In this document: positions 10,580-20,950 of the stretch, one piece after another | How the letters are laid out: every line of letters starts with the position of its first letter | Position numbering within the stretch: the stretch's first letter is position 1 | Assembly: GCA_000002445.1 (NCBI GenBank) | Contig: CH464491.1 | Location: 3,328,001 to 3,392,000 of the forward strand | DNA from: Trypanosoma brucei | Lineage: Eukaryota | Direction: 5' to 3' | DNA length: 64,000 nt | The notes under the pieces: generated by a model | Databases searched by the model: none | What the model saw: only the letters and a program-made list of their open reading frames with translations | What the model was told of the DNA's origin: nothing | Position numbers and translations under genes: made by a program

Positions 10580-12058
10580 TTACATCCGTGGGGAGGAGCC
10601 CAGAAGAATACGATCCATATTTATTGGTTTAACGAACTTGGGAGTAGGCGAACCCGTTTGAGCAGACGTCCCATTTGGATGGGGTCTGGGCGACCGACCT
10701 CTCAACAACTCAAACCCGGGCTTGCAGTTCGGCGACCTCGTACCTTGAAACTCTGGGGGCGACGATCCCAGCGATAGTTCGGTTGCGCGCCGGCGCAGGT
10801 TTCCAACCCCGTCCCGCAGCCCGGTACCTGTTTTCCTCAAACCTCCCACGCTACGCCCCTTTGAACCACAGTTGGTCAGGCTACCGGAAAGCGCGCTTGA
10901 CGTGTGTCTGCGGTTTCCAGGGGATTTACCCACTCCCAACGTGTTGGTTGCCCTCATTGCGGAAGTCCACGCCGGCCCCGTGGCGAGGGAGTTGTACCGC
11001 TCTCTTTTTGTTGCTGGTCGAGCTGGAGCGCTCCACCCACGGTTCCGAGATGCCACACGCCCTAATGGAGGGGACACTTGTCGGTAGGAGCTCCCGACAC
11101 CACTGGCAGCAGAAACACCGCGATACCCCATGGGGGCAGCGCTCTTCATACGAAGCATGCCAAACCGCTGCTGGACAGACGTCTGGCTACGACCGCCACC
11201 TCTGCGCGCATTCATTTCCGTTTCCATCATCTTTCGCTTTGCCTGATGCGCGGACGCGAGAGCATACAGCCTTTCCCACGGTCCGCTTCCATCTTGGCGC
11301 CGTGAGGCAGCAACACTACGTCTAACAACATTCCCCCGAGAAACTTTGGGTGCAGGGGGGGCGGTCGTGCTTCGTGGCTTGGCTGCGCGGCTCCACAAGC
11401 TGCGCTCGCGGTTCGTTGGCCTCGTTGAAAAGGAGTTTTTTGGTTTGTACAGTGCTGTTGGCATTCTCGGTTGTGACAAGGCTTTGCGCCGTGGGTTCCA
11501 AACAGGCCTACGAGGGGCGCTCTCCTTGAATGGCCCCTTGTTGTTACGATATTCCTCCAACTCCCGCCGAACGCGTTTCCATAAGTCCTCAAGGGACACA
11601 TCCTCCCGATCGTCCACATCTCCCCTTGCATTCTTGTTCAACAATCCCCTCGAAGGGGTGGCTCTATTTCCCACATTTCCGCGCGCCAGCAGCCGGTTAC
11701 GACCAGCTGCACCGCTATTCTTCCCCACGGCTGGCTTGTTACGTTTGACATCATGGGTGCGACTGCGCCCCAACCCACTTGCCATTTCAAAGAGCTCCTG
11801 TAATTTTTCGTGAGACTGTTGCAAAACTGAACTTTGATCCATCCCTCCGGACATGGCGGGTTCGTAGAATGGAGTCGCCGTGGGTAACTTCGCAATACTG
11901 CCGCCGTGAAGGAGGTCATGCCCTTGTTCCAACAATTCCTCCAAGCGCGCCATGGGCCCACCGAGTTCATTGAGGTCCCTTCCCTCAACCCGACCCGCCA
12001 CTTCAAGCGGGCGGCTACTGCCCGTGGACGGAGAAGTATCAAAGGAATCACCACACAT
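10580..12058 (-). CDS. hypothetical basic, low-complexity (R/S/G-rich) protein; paralog A
   Basis: The protein is 492 aa from the verified ATG at 12056-12058; the track start at 12073 is a GTG. The N-terminal ~175 aa are structured and carry motifs shared with the downstream gene at 14074-14526. The C-terminal ~300 aa are Arg/Ser/Gly-rich and predicted disordered. Confidence 0.5.
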   Translation of the reverse strand: MCGDSFDTSPSTGSSRPLEVAGRVEGRDLNELGGPMARLEELLEQGHDLLHGGSIAKLPTATPFYEPAMSGGMDQSSVLQQSHEKLQELFEMASGLGRSRTHDVKRNKPAVGKNSGAAGRNRLLARGNVGNRATPSRGLLNKNARGDVDDREDVSLEDLWKRVRRELEEYRNNKGPFKESAPRRPVWNPRRKALSQPRMPTALYKPKNSFSTRPTNRERSLWSRAAKPRSTTAPPAPKVSRGNVVRRSVAASRRQDGSGPWERLYALASAHQAKRKMMETEMNARRGGGRSQTSVQQRFGMLRMKSAAPMGYRGVSAASGVGSSYRQVSPPLGRVASRNRGWSAPARPATKRERYNSLATGPAWTSAMRATNTLGVGKSPGNRRHTSSALSGSLTNCGSKGRSVGGLRKTGTGLRDGVGNLRRRATELSLGSSPPEFQGTRSPNCKPGFELLRGRSPRPHPNGTSAQTGSPTPKFVKPINMDRILLGSSPRM

Positions 12059-14073
12059 GATGCCCCCCCCCACGTATATGCAGTCAACTAATTATAGGTA
12101 AATATACACAAACGAGAGTACACAGATGCGTGTTGCAAGTGCAATACACTCTTGATGAAGTCCACCTCCCAGCGTTACGCTACACGATTTCCTTTCTGTT
12201 TTTCCTTATCTTCTTTTTTCTTTTACTGTCCAGTCCTCGATTTCTCACTTTCCGCCAAATGTGCTCACGGAGCAACAGTGAGTTCCAAGGATCACGGAGG
12301 TAGACCACGAAAGGAAATATATATTTATATATATATATATATACGGCACCACTTAGGTGTTAATCTCCCGTACGCTTACTGAGACCACAAAACCGTGAGT
12401 TTCAACAGGTCCGACACACAACAAACCGAACAAAATTTTCTTTTCTATACTTTGCCGATAATTCTCTCCCGCGCCCTCTCGCTGCAGGAAAAGAAACTGC
12501 TGAGTGCCCCCTCACTTTACCTTTACACGTACGCACACTCAAACTTCAAATTCCGCCGAGCGTTTATTTTTGATGCTGCTTTGTGGGTGTGACAGGTAGG
12601 GTAAAGGGTACAAAACCTACGGCAACAGTAATGATAATAATAACAATAAATAACTGTGAAAATGACGAAACGAACGCAACAAAGGGGTTGAAGCACAGCA
12701 AGCACCAAGTCGAGGGCCCACTTGCTTCCAACTAATGCGGTGGTAAAAACAAAATATACGCTCCCTCTTTCCTTTCTCCCCGTCCCCGGCCTGGCACTTC
12801 AACCAGTCAATTATCTCTCTCCAATTCAATGGAACTCTCTACGTGCCCACCCTCGTTCGTCCCCTTTACGGGCCTGCGTGCAGCTTTCGTATCCGGTTGA
12901 ATTTTCGTGGACTCCAAACAGCAGGTCAAGTGTTCGTACCAAATATTCCCCTTATAATATATTTATATATTCCCTTTTTTCTTTTGTACACCGCTGACGG
13001 CGTTACTGGTGGATGGCAGGAAGAGCGAGTGGCACCGCCCCCTCACTGATTCCCCGCCGTTGCCTCTATGTTCTATTGCTTTTCCTCCCTTTATTTATCT
13101 TCTCTTGTTTTCTTTTGAATATGAAAATACCAATTACTCGTGATGCTACAGCCACTGTTAGGTGAAAGAAAGGTTTGCCCTTGCCTCCTTCTTTCCTCCT
13201 TCCTGTTCCCTTTTTTTCTTCTTTTTTTCCCCCTTCCTATAGGTGACAAGTTAATTTTTTTTTAAAAAAATAAGTAAATATGTAAACAATGCCTTCAACT
13301 TTTTGATTTGTTTGGTTCTTCTTTTTTTTTAAAAAAAAAAAAGATTAATCTTTGGAGGGGGTTAACCCGCTGAGGTGGTTGGAAAGGCAGCAAGAATTTG
13401 CACTCAAGGCCACAAGCGTAATGGGATCATGCAAATTCATGTGAACACTTAAATCGTCATAAAGGCAGTTGGGGGCCAAACAAAAACACGCAGGCACTTC
13501 TAGGCATGAATATATTTTAAATACATAAACACAAACACGCCATTAAAAATGGAATGCACACGAAACACACAATGCGGTTAACATTTTACAAGAGGAAACT
13601 GACGGGAAAAAAAAACGCAAATTGCACGTCACAAACCTGCAGCAGGGGCCGCACATTCTTAACACGATGGTTGCAAAATGCTCACACCTACATCAGGTAG
13701 TCATAATATGACTGCGGTGGTGAGGTCGCAGTTGAGGCCATATTATTTTTTAACACGCAACGTGGCAACGCTGCCCTCACACTTGTGCCGCAACTTGTGA
13801 AATAAGAGGAACACAAGAGATGGTAACAAAAAAAAAAAAACACTCAGCACTATAATCAAAAAAACGCACCAAACAAGCAGAAAAAAGAAAAATTATAAAA
13901 ATAAAGTAAACAACACAGCACGAAACGAAGTAGGAAGGTACATCTGCGTACATTACGAATTTTATGCACATACGGATATCGACCTGACGGTAAACATTAG
14001 TTCAATCCAAAACACAACCCTTAGAATTCCGATGGCATGTACCTTTATTGTAACCTCAGAAGCGAGGCGTATA

Positions 14074-14526
14074 TTAACCCGGTTTGTGGCAACAAGCGGC
14101 GAGACCGAAGCGGCAGTAATCATTCAACTCCGCTCGGATGCGGTTGCGCAAGGCGGTGAGCGAAATATCCATGCGGTCGTCCACAATATCAAAAGCTGCA
14201 TTCGAAGGCCTCCCCGCTTTGGGTTTGGGACCCGAAACCGCCGATGAGGTCGAGCGGTGACGACTACTTTTCCCCGATGTCGCACTAAACCCCTTTAATG
14301 AAGTGGTACCCGTTGGAGAAGGCGAGTTCCCGCCATTAAATCCACTAACTGAATTTGTTTCACCCCACGCAAGCCGCACCGACCGGTAACCGCAAAGGAG
14401 AGTCATTGATTCATTCAACAAATTCTCCACACGCTCCATAGAAGTGCGAATCCGATCAAACTCCGCCATGCACGGGGAGGGAAATGCCACCCGCAACGGA
14501 GTCCCGCCACCATGAAGGCAGCTCAT
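14074..14526 (-). CDS. hypothetical protein; truncated paralog B of the 10580-12058 gene
   Basis: The protein is 150 aa from the verified ATG at 14524-14526; the track start is a TTG. It shares two collinear motifs with paralog A: MERVENLLNESMTLL versus MARLEELLEQGHDLL, and DIVDDRMDISLTALRNRIRAELNDY versus GDVDDREDVSLEDLWKRVRRELEEY. A Ser-rich linker separates the motifs in both proteins. Confidence 0.4.
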   Translation of the reverse strand: MSCLHGGGTPLRVAFPSPCMAEFDRIRTSMERVENLLNESMTLLCGYRSVRLAWGETNSVSGFNGGNSPSPTGTTSLKGFSATSGKSSRHRSTSSAVSGPKPKAGRPSNAAFDIVDDRMDISLTALRNRIRAELNDYCRFGLAACCHKPG

Positions 14527-14640
14527 TGTGGAATTGCACACACTAAAACCAGACACAGCAACCTCAAGCAAAGTAAACAAAATTGAAATTGAGGAAGGAA
14601 AAAAAAAAAGAAGCTTGCAACTCCTTGCTTAAATGAGCCA

Positions 14641-14667
14641 CCACCACCACCACCACCACCACCTTCC
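14641..14667. repeat. (CCA)9 trinucleotide repeat in intergenic DNA
   Basis: Visible in the sequence. Confidence 0.9.
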
Positions 14668-15372
14668 AAACCCTAGAAGCTCCAGTCACACGAAGCGATG
14701 CCTTCACACGAGCCAATAAATATTCTATAGCGTATGAACAGACGAAACGGAGGAACTAAAACTAATAATAAAAATAAAAACAGAAACGCTCTTCCACAAG
14801 GGGAAATATCCCAACCCGGGGGGAAAAAAACGCTTCGGAGTGCTACTTGAGCCACGTCCCCGCCCCCTTCTTTCCTTCCCTTTGCCTTTTTAATTGGTTA
14901 TTTCCCCTTTCTTTCCCCCCCCCTTTTTTTTTTGAAAGATTGAAATTACTATTTGTATTAACCCTTGAAATCTACAGACGCCTGTCCGACAGAAAGAAAA
15001 AAAAAGATGATGGTTGGGGGAATGAAAAACTTTACAACAAACTTATAGTGAGTTTCACTGCCTTCTTTTTTTTATTATTATTTCCGGCACGCGCACTTCT
15101 TTGGTTTCGTTTTTATTTCGTTTTCCTTCCTTTTGTTTATAATTACGCGTCTTTGACGAGGTGCGTTTCAGTGGCAGCAACTTCCCTCTGCCACTGAAAC
15201 GCAGTACAGGCGCTGCTGAACTAATGCAAAAAAAAGAAAAAGAGCAAGCCTTGTAAATGAAGGAATACGAAATAAAACAAAACCAAAGAAGTGAAGCAGT
15301 TAGGAATCAGAAGGTAGCAAGACGGGATCCTGCAGAAGTGCTGGAAAGGAGTGGAATCACAAATAATAACAG

Positions 15373-15407
15373 CACACACACACACACACACACGGAGAGA
15401 GAGAGTA
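15373..15407. repeat. (CA)n followed by (GA)n compound microsatellite
   Basis: Visible in the sequence. Confidence 0.9.
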
Positions 15408-15893
15408 ATTTGTGGAAGGTAGAGAAAACAAAAAGAAAGCACCGCATAGCACAACCCTGGGTTCAGTGACGTCCTTGTCATGCAAGCAAACAAGAATATA
15501 TAAATAAGTATATGGTCGGTTACGGCACCTCGTAATTCATTCCCCACATCTTCACTTCTTTTTTATTTCCTCCCCTTCCATTTGATTCGGCTTTATTTGA
15601 CCAGCAGGAAGCACGTCTCTCTCTCTCTCACTCAACAACAGTTGGACATTCATTTTTTCTCTATGTGTTTTGCGCTCAAAAAAAAAACTCTATGTGCGCG
15701 CATGGGTTTCACCCGCCGCAAAATCCATCGTCGCTCCAGCAACAAGCATATGGGTGGGTGAGCATTTAAGCTCCACAGTGGTGCAGCATGCCCAAAAAAT
15801 TAAAAAAAAAACGACGAGAATGTTTTTAACCTAATGGAGAAATGTGCAGTAGAAACTAGACTCATATCATCGAACCAACATTCTGATGAAGCT

Positions 15894-16943
15894 TCACACA
15901 CGACACAAACCCGTATTTTCTTTTACGGTGTCGGTCCGCATGTGGCACTCGTTGTTGTAGCGGTGATGCAGCTCCTCCGCCTTTTTATGAACCTCCTCCA
16001 GAGACTCGTCAGCAGTCGTGTTCAAATTCCCCAGCACATAATACAGCGCCGGATCAATCATAAAGGCTTCAGAAGAAATTTTACCGCTTCCGAAGCTGCG
16101 GCAGTAGCGGTGGAATGCAAGAGATGTATAAAACCCTTTGGTACTGGGACACAACACCGCACTCTCAGAGTTGTCCCTCCTTGAATGTTCTGGTTGGCAA
16201 CGTAAATCGACCCTAGTGGAATCCCCACGACCGGAAAACATAAATTCCCGCACCCGCTGCCACTCATGTTGGCGCTCACATCGCTCATTCCATGCCGTAA
16301 CCCCGCGAAGGGTACCGCTACGAGTTAGATTCGCCACAAGGTTCATTTTCCAACTTTTAGAAGCAGCCGCTGCAGAGACTGCGTCGGGTACATTACCGCT
16401 CGGAACTACGGCGTCATATCGCCTGGGCACGCTGTCAAACCCCACCAATGATCTATCATCTCCAATATCCTCCTCTTTTCCCGCAAGGCTGCGGGTGGCC
16501 CGGCTGCGACGACGCGAAACCGATTTTCCCGATGCGCTGGACTGCAACCGTCGCAGTGCCCCAAGTCTGGTAGGGGCACGCTCCAAAGCTATGCGACTCT
16601 CCCATTCATCATCTGTTGCCCTCAAAAGCGCCTCCGTCCCAACGTCTTCCACATTAGTTAACCGCGCCAGCCTCTGAATCACAGCAGTTTTGCCATAACC
16701 AGACAATGGACTCACAGCGGGCTCATGATTATATGAGTGTGTGGAATCGTGCGCACGCTCATGTTGTTGCTGCCGATGCCTGCGCAGCAATTGCATGGCA
16801 AGCGAGCTCGCCTCCCCACACATGCCGCCACTCAGTGAAACAGCGGATTGCATTGATGACAATTGTGAAGGGCCCTCGGTAACGGTGGTATTGGCCCAAT
16901 GGCGACGCAGTACCCGACGGTAAACACAGCAGGTGCGTCTCAT
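15894..16943 (-). CDS. hypothetical protein (~349 aa; start uncertain)
   Basis: The long minus-strand ORF's first ATG is at 16941-16943; the track start is a TTG. A poly(T) tract lies immediately upstream on the coding strand, so the true start may be a downstream Met (MQSAVS... or MCGEAS...). The protein contains a GYGKT P-loop-like motif. Confidence 0.4.
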   Translation of the reverse strand: MRRTCCVYRRVLRRHWANTTVTEGPSQLSSMQSAVSLSGGMCGEASSLAMQLLRRHRQQQHERAHDSTHSYNHEPAVSPLSGYGKTAVIQRLARLTNVEDVGTEALLRATDDEWESRIALERAPTRLGALRRLQSSASGKSVSRRRSRATRSLAGKEEDIGDDRSLVGFDSVPRRYDAVVPSGNVPDAVSAAAASKSWKMNLVANLTRSGTLRGVTAWNERCERQHEWQRVREFMFSGRGDSTRVDLRCQPEHSRRDNSESAVLCPSTKGFYTSLAFHRYCRSFGSGKISSEAFMIDPALYYVLGNLNTTADESLEEVHKKAEELHHRYNNECHMRTDTVKENTGLCRV

Positions 16944-17259
16944 CAAAAAAAAAAAATAGTGAGGGGAGTCTGTTGATGGAGAGAAGAGCAAAAACAAACA
17001 AGAAAAAAAGGTAACAGAAATAAAAGTAACAGGAAAATCGACTGACAGAGAGCATCAGAGTAACCTGCAGACGAAAACGCGGGAAGACCGCTGCACGTGG
17101 TAGCAGAGAAGGGGGCGCGATCTTTACTCCCGACATGAACTGAAAGAACCTTCGTATCTGTGCCTGCATGAACCCGTTGCAATAAAATGATGCATACAGA
17201 CACAGTTCGTGGATGCGACGTGTGCCTTCACGTACGGGGGAGAACCCATTTCCCAAAGC

Positions 17260-18093
17260 TTACTGCCTTCCCGTTGCATCACCACGACGGTGGCCTCCCC
17301 ATTGTTGGGGTTTCTGCTTCTTGGGGCAGTCACGGACCTCATGCCCCTCTTCTCCACAGAAAAAGCAGCACTTCCGCGCGGCACGTCCATCGCTCTGGAA
17401 GTACAACTGTTCTCCAGGTTCCTGGAGAGCCATCAGCAACCGCCGGAGCAAACCACTTTGCATACCCGGACAGTTAGGTGACAGATGCCCCGGATCAAAG
17501 CAACGGTAACATGTGGCATTTTTGTTGAAAGATGGATCGTCTGCCCGCTCGATCAGCATCCGCTGCCGCAGCCGCTCACTAACGTCATTACGGTTGTAAA
17601 GCTGCTGTACGGGGTGGCCCAAAGCACACTTCGGCCCCAACGGACAAAATCCTGTGAGGTAAAAGACACACGGTGGGCGGAAGACGTGCCGCAGCCGGCA
17701 CTTGGGACCTAATGGACAAAAACCTCGGCGGTAAGCGGCGCATTCCGGCTGCCGCTCCACCTGCACGACGTGCTGGAATGGACACTCCGGATTGGAACAT
17801 TCACCGAGACGCTGATAAAAGGCACATGCAGGGACATAACGATCGTCGTATTCATGCAAATATACACAATTTTCACCGTTCACGCAGGCGCCGCGAAGCC
17901 AATGCTTGCAGACCTCCAAACGCATGGACTTAAATTGGGAGAGAACATGCCGCTCAGGGCACGCCGCACCGTTTCGACACTTGCCATGTTGGAACGGCTG
18001 ACAAATTTCAGACCGCTTCGCCGTAGCGGGGGCCTCGACTGGAAGGGTATCCTCGAAGGCAAGTGACGTGTGGGCAGCGTTGTCAGTAAACAT
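17260..18093 (-). CDS. CPSF30: cleavage and polyadenylation specificity factor 30 kDa subunit (CPSF30)
   Basis: The protein is 277 aa from the verified ATG at 18091-18093. It has five tandem CCCH zinc fingers, and the core [23 protein letters not shown]...[11 protein letters not shown] matches human CPSF4 [23 protein letters not shown]...ECSNKECPFLH. Two C-terminal CCHC zinc knuckles follow ([28 protein letters not shown]). Confidence 0.85.
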   Translation of the reverse strand: [277 protein letters not shown]

Positions 18094-18562
18094 GACGAAC
18101 CACCGTAACTGAATAAGGGTGATGCAGGGGATAATCAAGTGGTACCCCCTCCTGCTGCTTCCACCCTTTACCCTCTGCTACAAACTACTACTTTCGCTCA
18201 GGTGGAAAAGAGGAAAGGGTTGAAGGAAGAAACAATGCACAGTCCACGCGCACTGTCCACTCAACAGCAACCACATGCGAAAGAGATGGAGAAATAAGCA
18301 ACAGCGAGTTTAGAGGTGGGAATGTGAGAAATTAACGGAGGTTGTTCGAGCCTCCGCTGCGCAACTCTTTGCAGTTCCAGAGAAGTGAGTTCACAAACAG
18401 CGGCCAGCCGTGGTAGCGGGCAAACAGGAAGCGAATTAAAAAAAGAGCGAAAAAGCCAGATAATAGCAGAAGCACCCTCTACAACCACTTAAACGATGCC
18501 GGAAGCACACAACCGAACTCCACAAGCCCTCTGTTCTTTTTAAGAATGCACGACGATAAAAA

Positions 18563-19345
18563 TCATTCCCTTACAGTCGGTTTAGTGGGTTGATCAAACG
18601 CTGCCGGAGCACTGCAAAGGAAATAGCGGCAGAAAAATTCCTCCAGCTCCAAATCCGCAAGAGCATCGGCACCGTCCTTAACCCCACCGGATGAATCCCC
18701 GCAAGGGACTTTCACCCCATCACATCCGCACATCACCTGAACTGCGCTGCGGAGAGTCTCCGCAGACAACACTTCAACATGCACCTCATCTGTCGTTTGG
18801 CAACCGCCCATGCCGGAAGCACCACTGCTGTTAACGCCGTTTATTGCACAATCAAATGCACCTCGATAACGAAGCAGCCCACACTGACCCTCAAGTGGGC
18901 GGTCTCGGACCTCGAGGTATCGTATGATGTTTGATCGGAGGTAACACTGCATGCGTCTCATTGTCGTGCTGGCGAAAGACCAGACGCCATCCTCGCAGTT
19001 TGCAACAAAATCTAACCGCTTCAACAACTCATCCAACACCCTATCCAGCAACCGCCAATTTGGCAAACATCGCGGCGACTCCGCAATCTGGATACAACAT
19101 ATGTTCCTCACGACAAACATCAGCGTCTCACTCCCCGCCTTTCCCGTCATTTCGACAGACCCCTCCTGCAGTAGCGCTGCACAGCCCAGCTTCGCCCAAT
19201 ACAACATACAGTGGTGGTACACCAATGCGGGCATAACTGATACCATCTCGAAGGACTTCTGACCACCTGGGAATGGCAAAAGGCCACTTTCAAACCATTT
19301 CTGGGCGTCGGCACCGTTGCGGCCGTGCAAAGACAAAATTGTCAT
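18563..19345 (-). CDS. hypothetical protein (261 aa from first ATG)
   Basis: The ORF runs from 19528 but its first 61 codons contain no ATG (the track start is a TTG). The first in-frame ATG is at 19343-19345. The upstream 61 codons look protein-like rather than UTR-like, so the start is unresolved. Confidence 0.35.
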   Translation of the reverse strand: MTILSLHGRNGADAQKWFESGLLPFPGGQKSFEMVSVMPALVYHHCMLYWAKLGCAALLQEGSVEMTGKAGSETLMFVVRNICCIQIAESPRCLPNWRLLDRVLDELLKRLDFVANCEDGVWSFASTTMRRMQCYLRSNIIRYLEVRDRPLEGQCGLLRYRGAFDCAINGVNSSGASGMGGCQTTDEVHVEVLSAETLRSAVQVMCGCDGVKVPCGDSSGGVKDGADALADLELEEFFCRYFLCSAPAAFDQPTKPTVRE

Positions 19346-20950
19346 GGAGGCCTCTTGCCAGTCACGCTGCACCGCAACCGACGAAGCCGCTAATGTGTGC
19401 CGCTCGATCAATTTGTATGCGCTGTCAACATTGCCGTGCAGAAACACTAGGCGCCTGGCGGTGGCCAGAACGTTTGCATGTGGATCGTGGTGCCGTGGCC
19501 GCAGCCGGTCGTCCTCTACACAAGGCAAGAACGCCAGCCTTCACTCCTTCTCTTACCTCCGCTAGGCCACACTAAATATGTTCGTCACTACGTCCTTAAT
19601 GCAGTAAGCTGTCAAAAACGGCGACCACTCACTTTCAGATTTTCCTTCACGGTGCTGCGATTACCTATGCTTGACGTAGACGAGTCCGAGTAAAAAGAAA
19701 CTGGTACCAGCACACCTGAGGTCACCCCCCTCCCCCCCACAACCGCAGGAGTTCGTCAAAAAAGCGTAAAGGTAGAGCAAGAGTCTATGGAAAGTGTCGA
19801 TAGGAAAGGCAAAGTGAATAAACTAATATATATATATATATGCCCGACTAAATCTGGCTTTGAAAAGAAAATTAAAAGAGAAACACGCAAGAGGAAGAGT
19901 GAGAAAGAAAGAGGAGGACGATTAAATGATTTGGGCGAAACCGGGATAAAAGATGGCATTCGGACATATAAATATCGAACGCTTTGGAGGCCATAGTGGC
20001 AAAAGTTAATTAGGTGTGACCAAGTTGCGAGAGGGGTGTTCTACCACTATGGACTTGCCCACTATCTGTTCAGACGTGTACCTTAAAGTCAGATGTAGGG
20101 AAGAGCGAACGCTGGTGGGGTAGCAATTGGCACCTTTCTTTTTTAGGGGAGGAGCATAATAAAAGCCCCCCTCTCTCGCTCCTTCCAAATCATATGTGTT
20201 CGGGAAGGTAAATATAAACACATGTGCAGACACGATAGGCACAATTGCAGTTAACGTCACTATCTCACCGACACATCTCTGCACTCTTTCTACAAACTAT
20301 TGAAAAAAGTGATGGAGAAAATAAGGTGGAATACGAGCCGAGTATGCTGCGGCAGCGTCTGCAACCACTGTTATCACATCCATCATTCGTATGACTAATC
20401 ACTTATTTGTTTGCACTCCTCCCCTTCATCAACTTCAAGTATTCAAAATTCGCTTTCAGAGGCGAAAGAAAATGCAGTAATGAACGAACACAAACTTTAT
20501 GGTGAGAGGCAAAACACCACCCGCCAACGACCCATACAGTTCCCCACGGTTACCCCTACACATCAAGGAGGCGGCACACAGCACATACGGTGTATAAAAT
20601 AGCGTATACATTTGCGCATGATTGCGCATTTATAACGTTGCTGTTGCGCTGCATTGTGATACCTCCATGCGGAATGGCTCAATGCAGCCTCATCCGTTTG
20701 TCATTTTGCCGACTCTTTTCTGGGGCGAGTCTCTCCGATCCACCACTAAATACCCTAATCGCGTCCCGCCACGGCAAATAATGATATGAACCATTCAACA
20801 GCCAATAGCACATTCGATACGACACGTAAATTAAGCATACACACATCAACAACAACAACGACGCACACACACATATACATACACGCGTATACATCTCCCT
20901 TCCTCATCGTTTATGTGCCCGTACCGGCACTGGCACATTCCAGCACGTTT

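Noticed and set aside
10675-11813. Plus-strand ORFs (216, 155, 134 aa) inside the 10580-12058 gene region
   Set aside because: They are antisense to a GC-rich minus-strand CDS. That is typical spurious open frames in high-GC coding DNA.
12056-12073. Apparent N-terminal MGGGIMC motif (N-myristoylation/palmitoylation) on the 10580-12073 ORF
   Set aside because: The track's first codon is GTG, not ATG. The first real ATG is five codons downstream (MCGDSF...), so there is no Met-Gly start.
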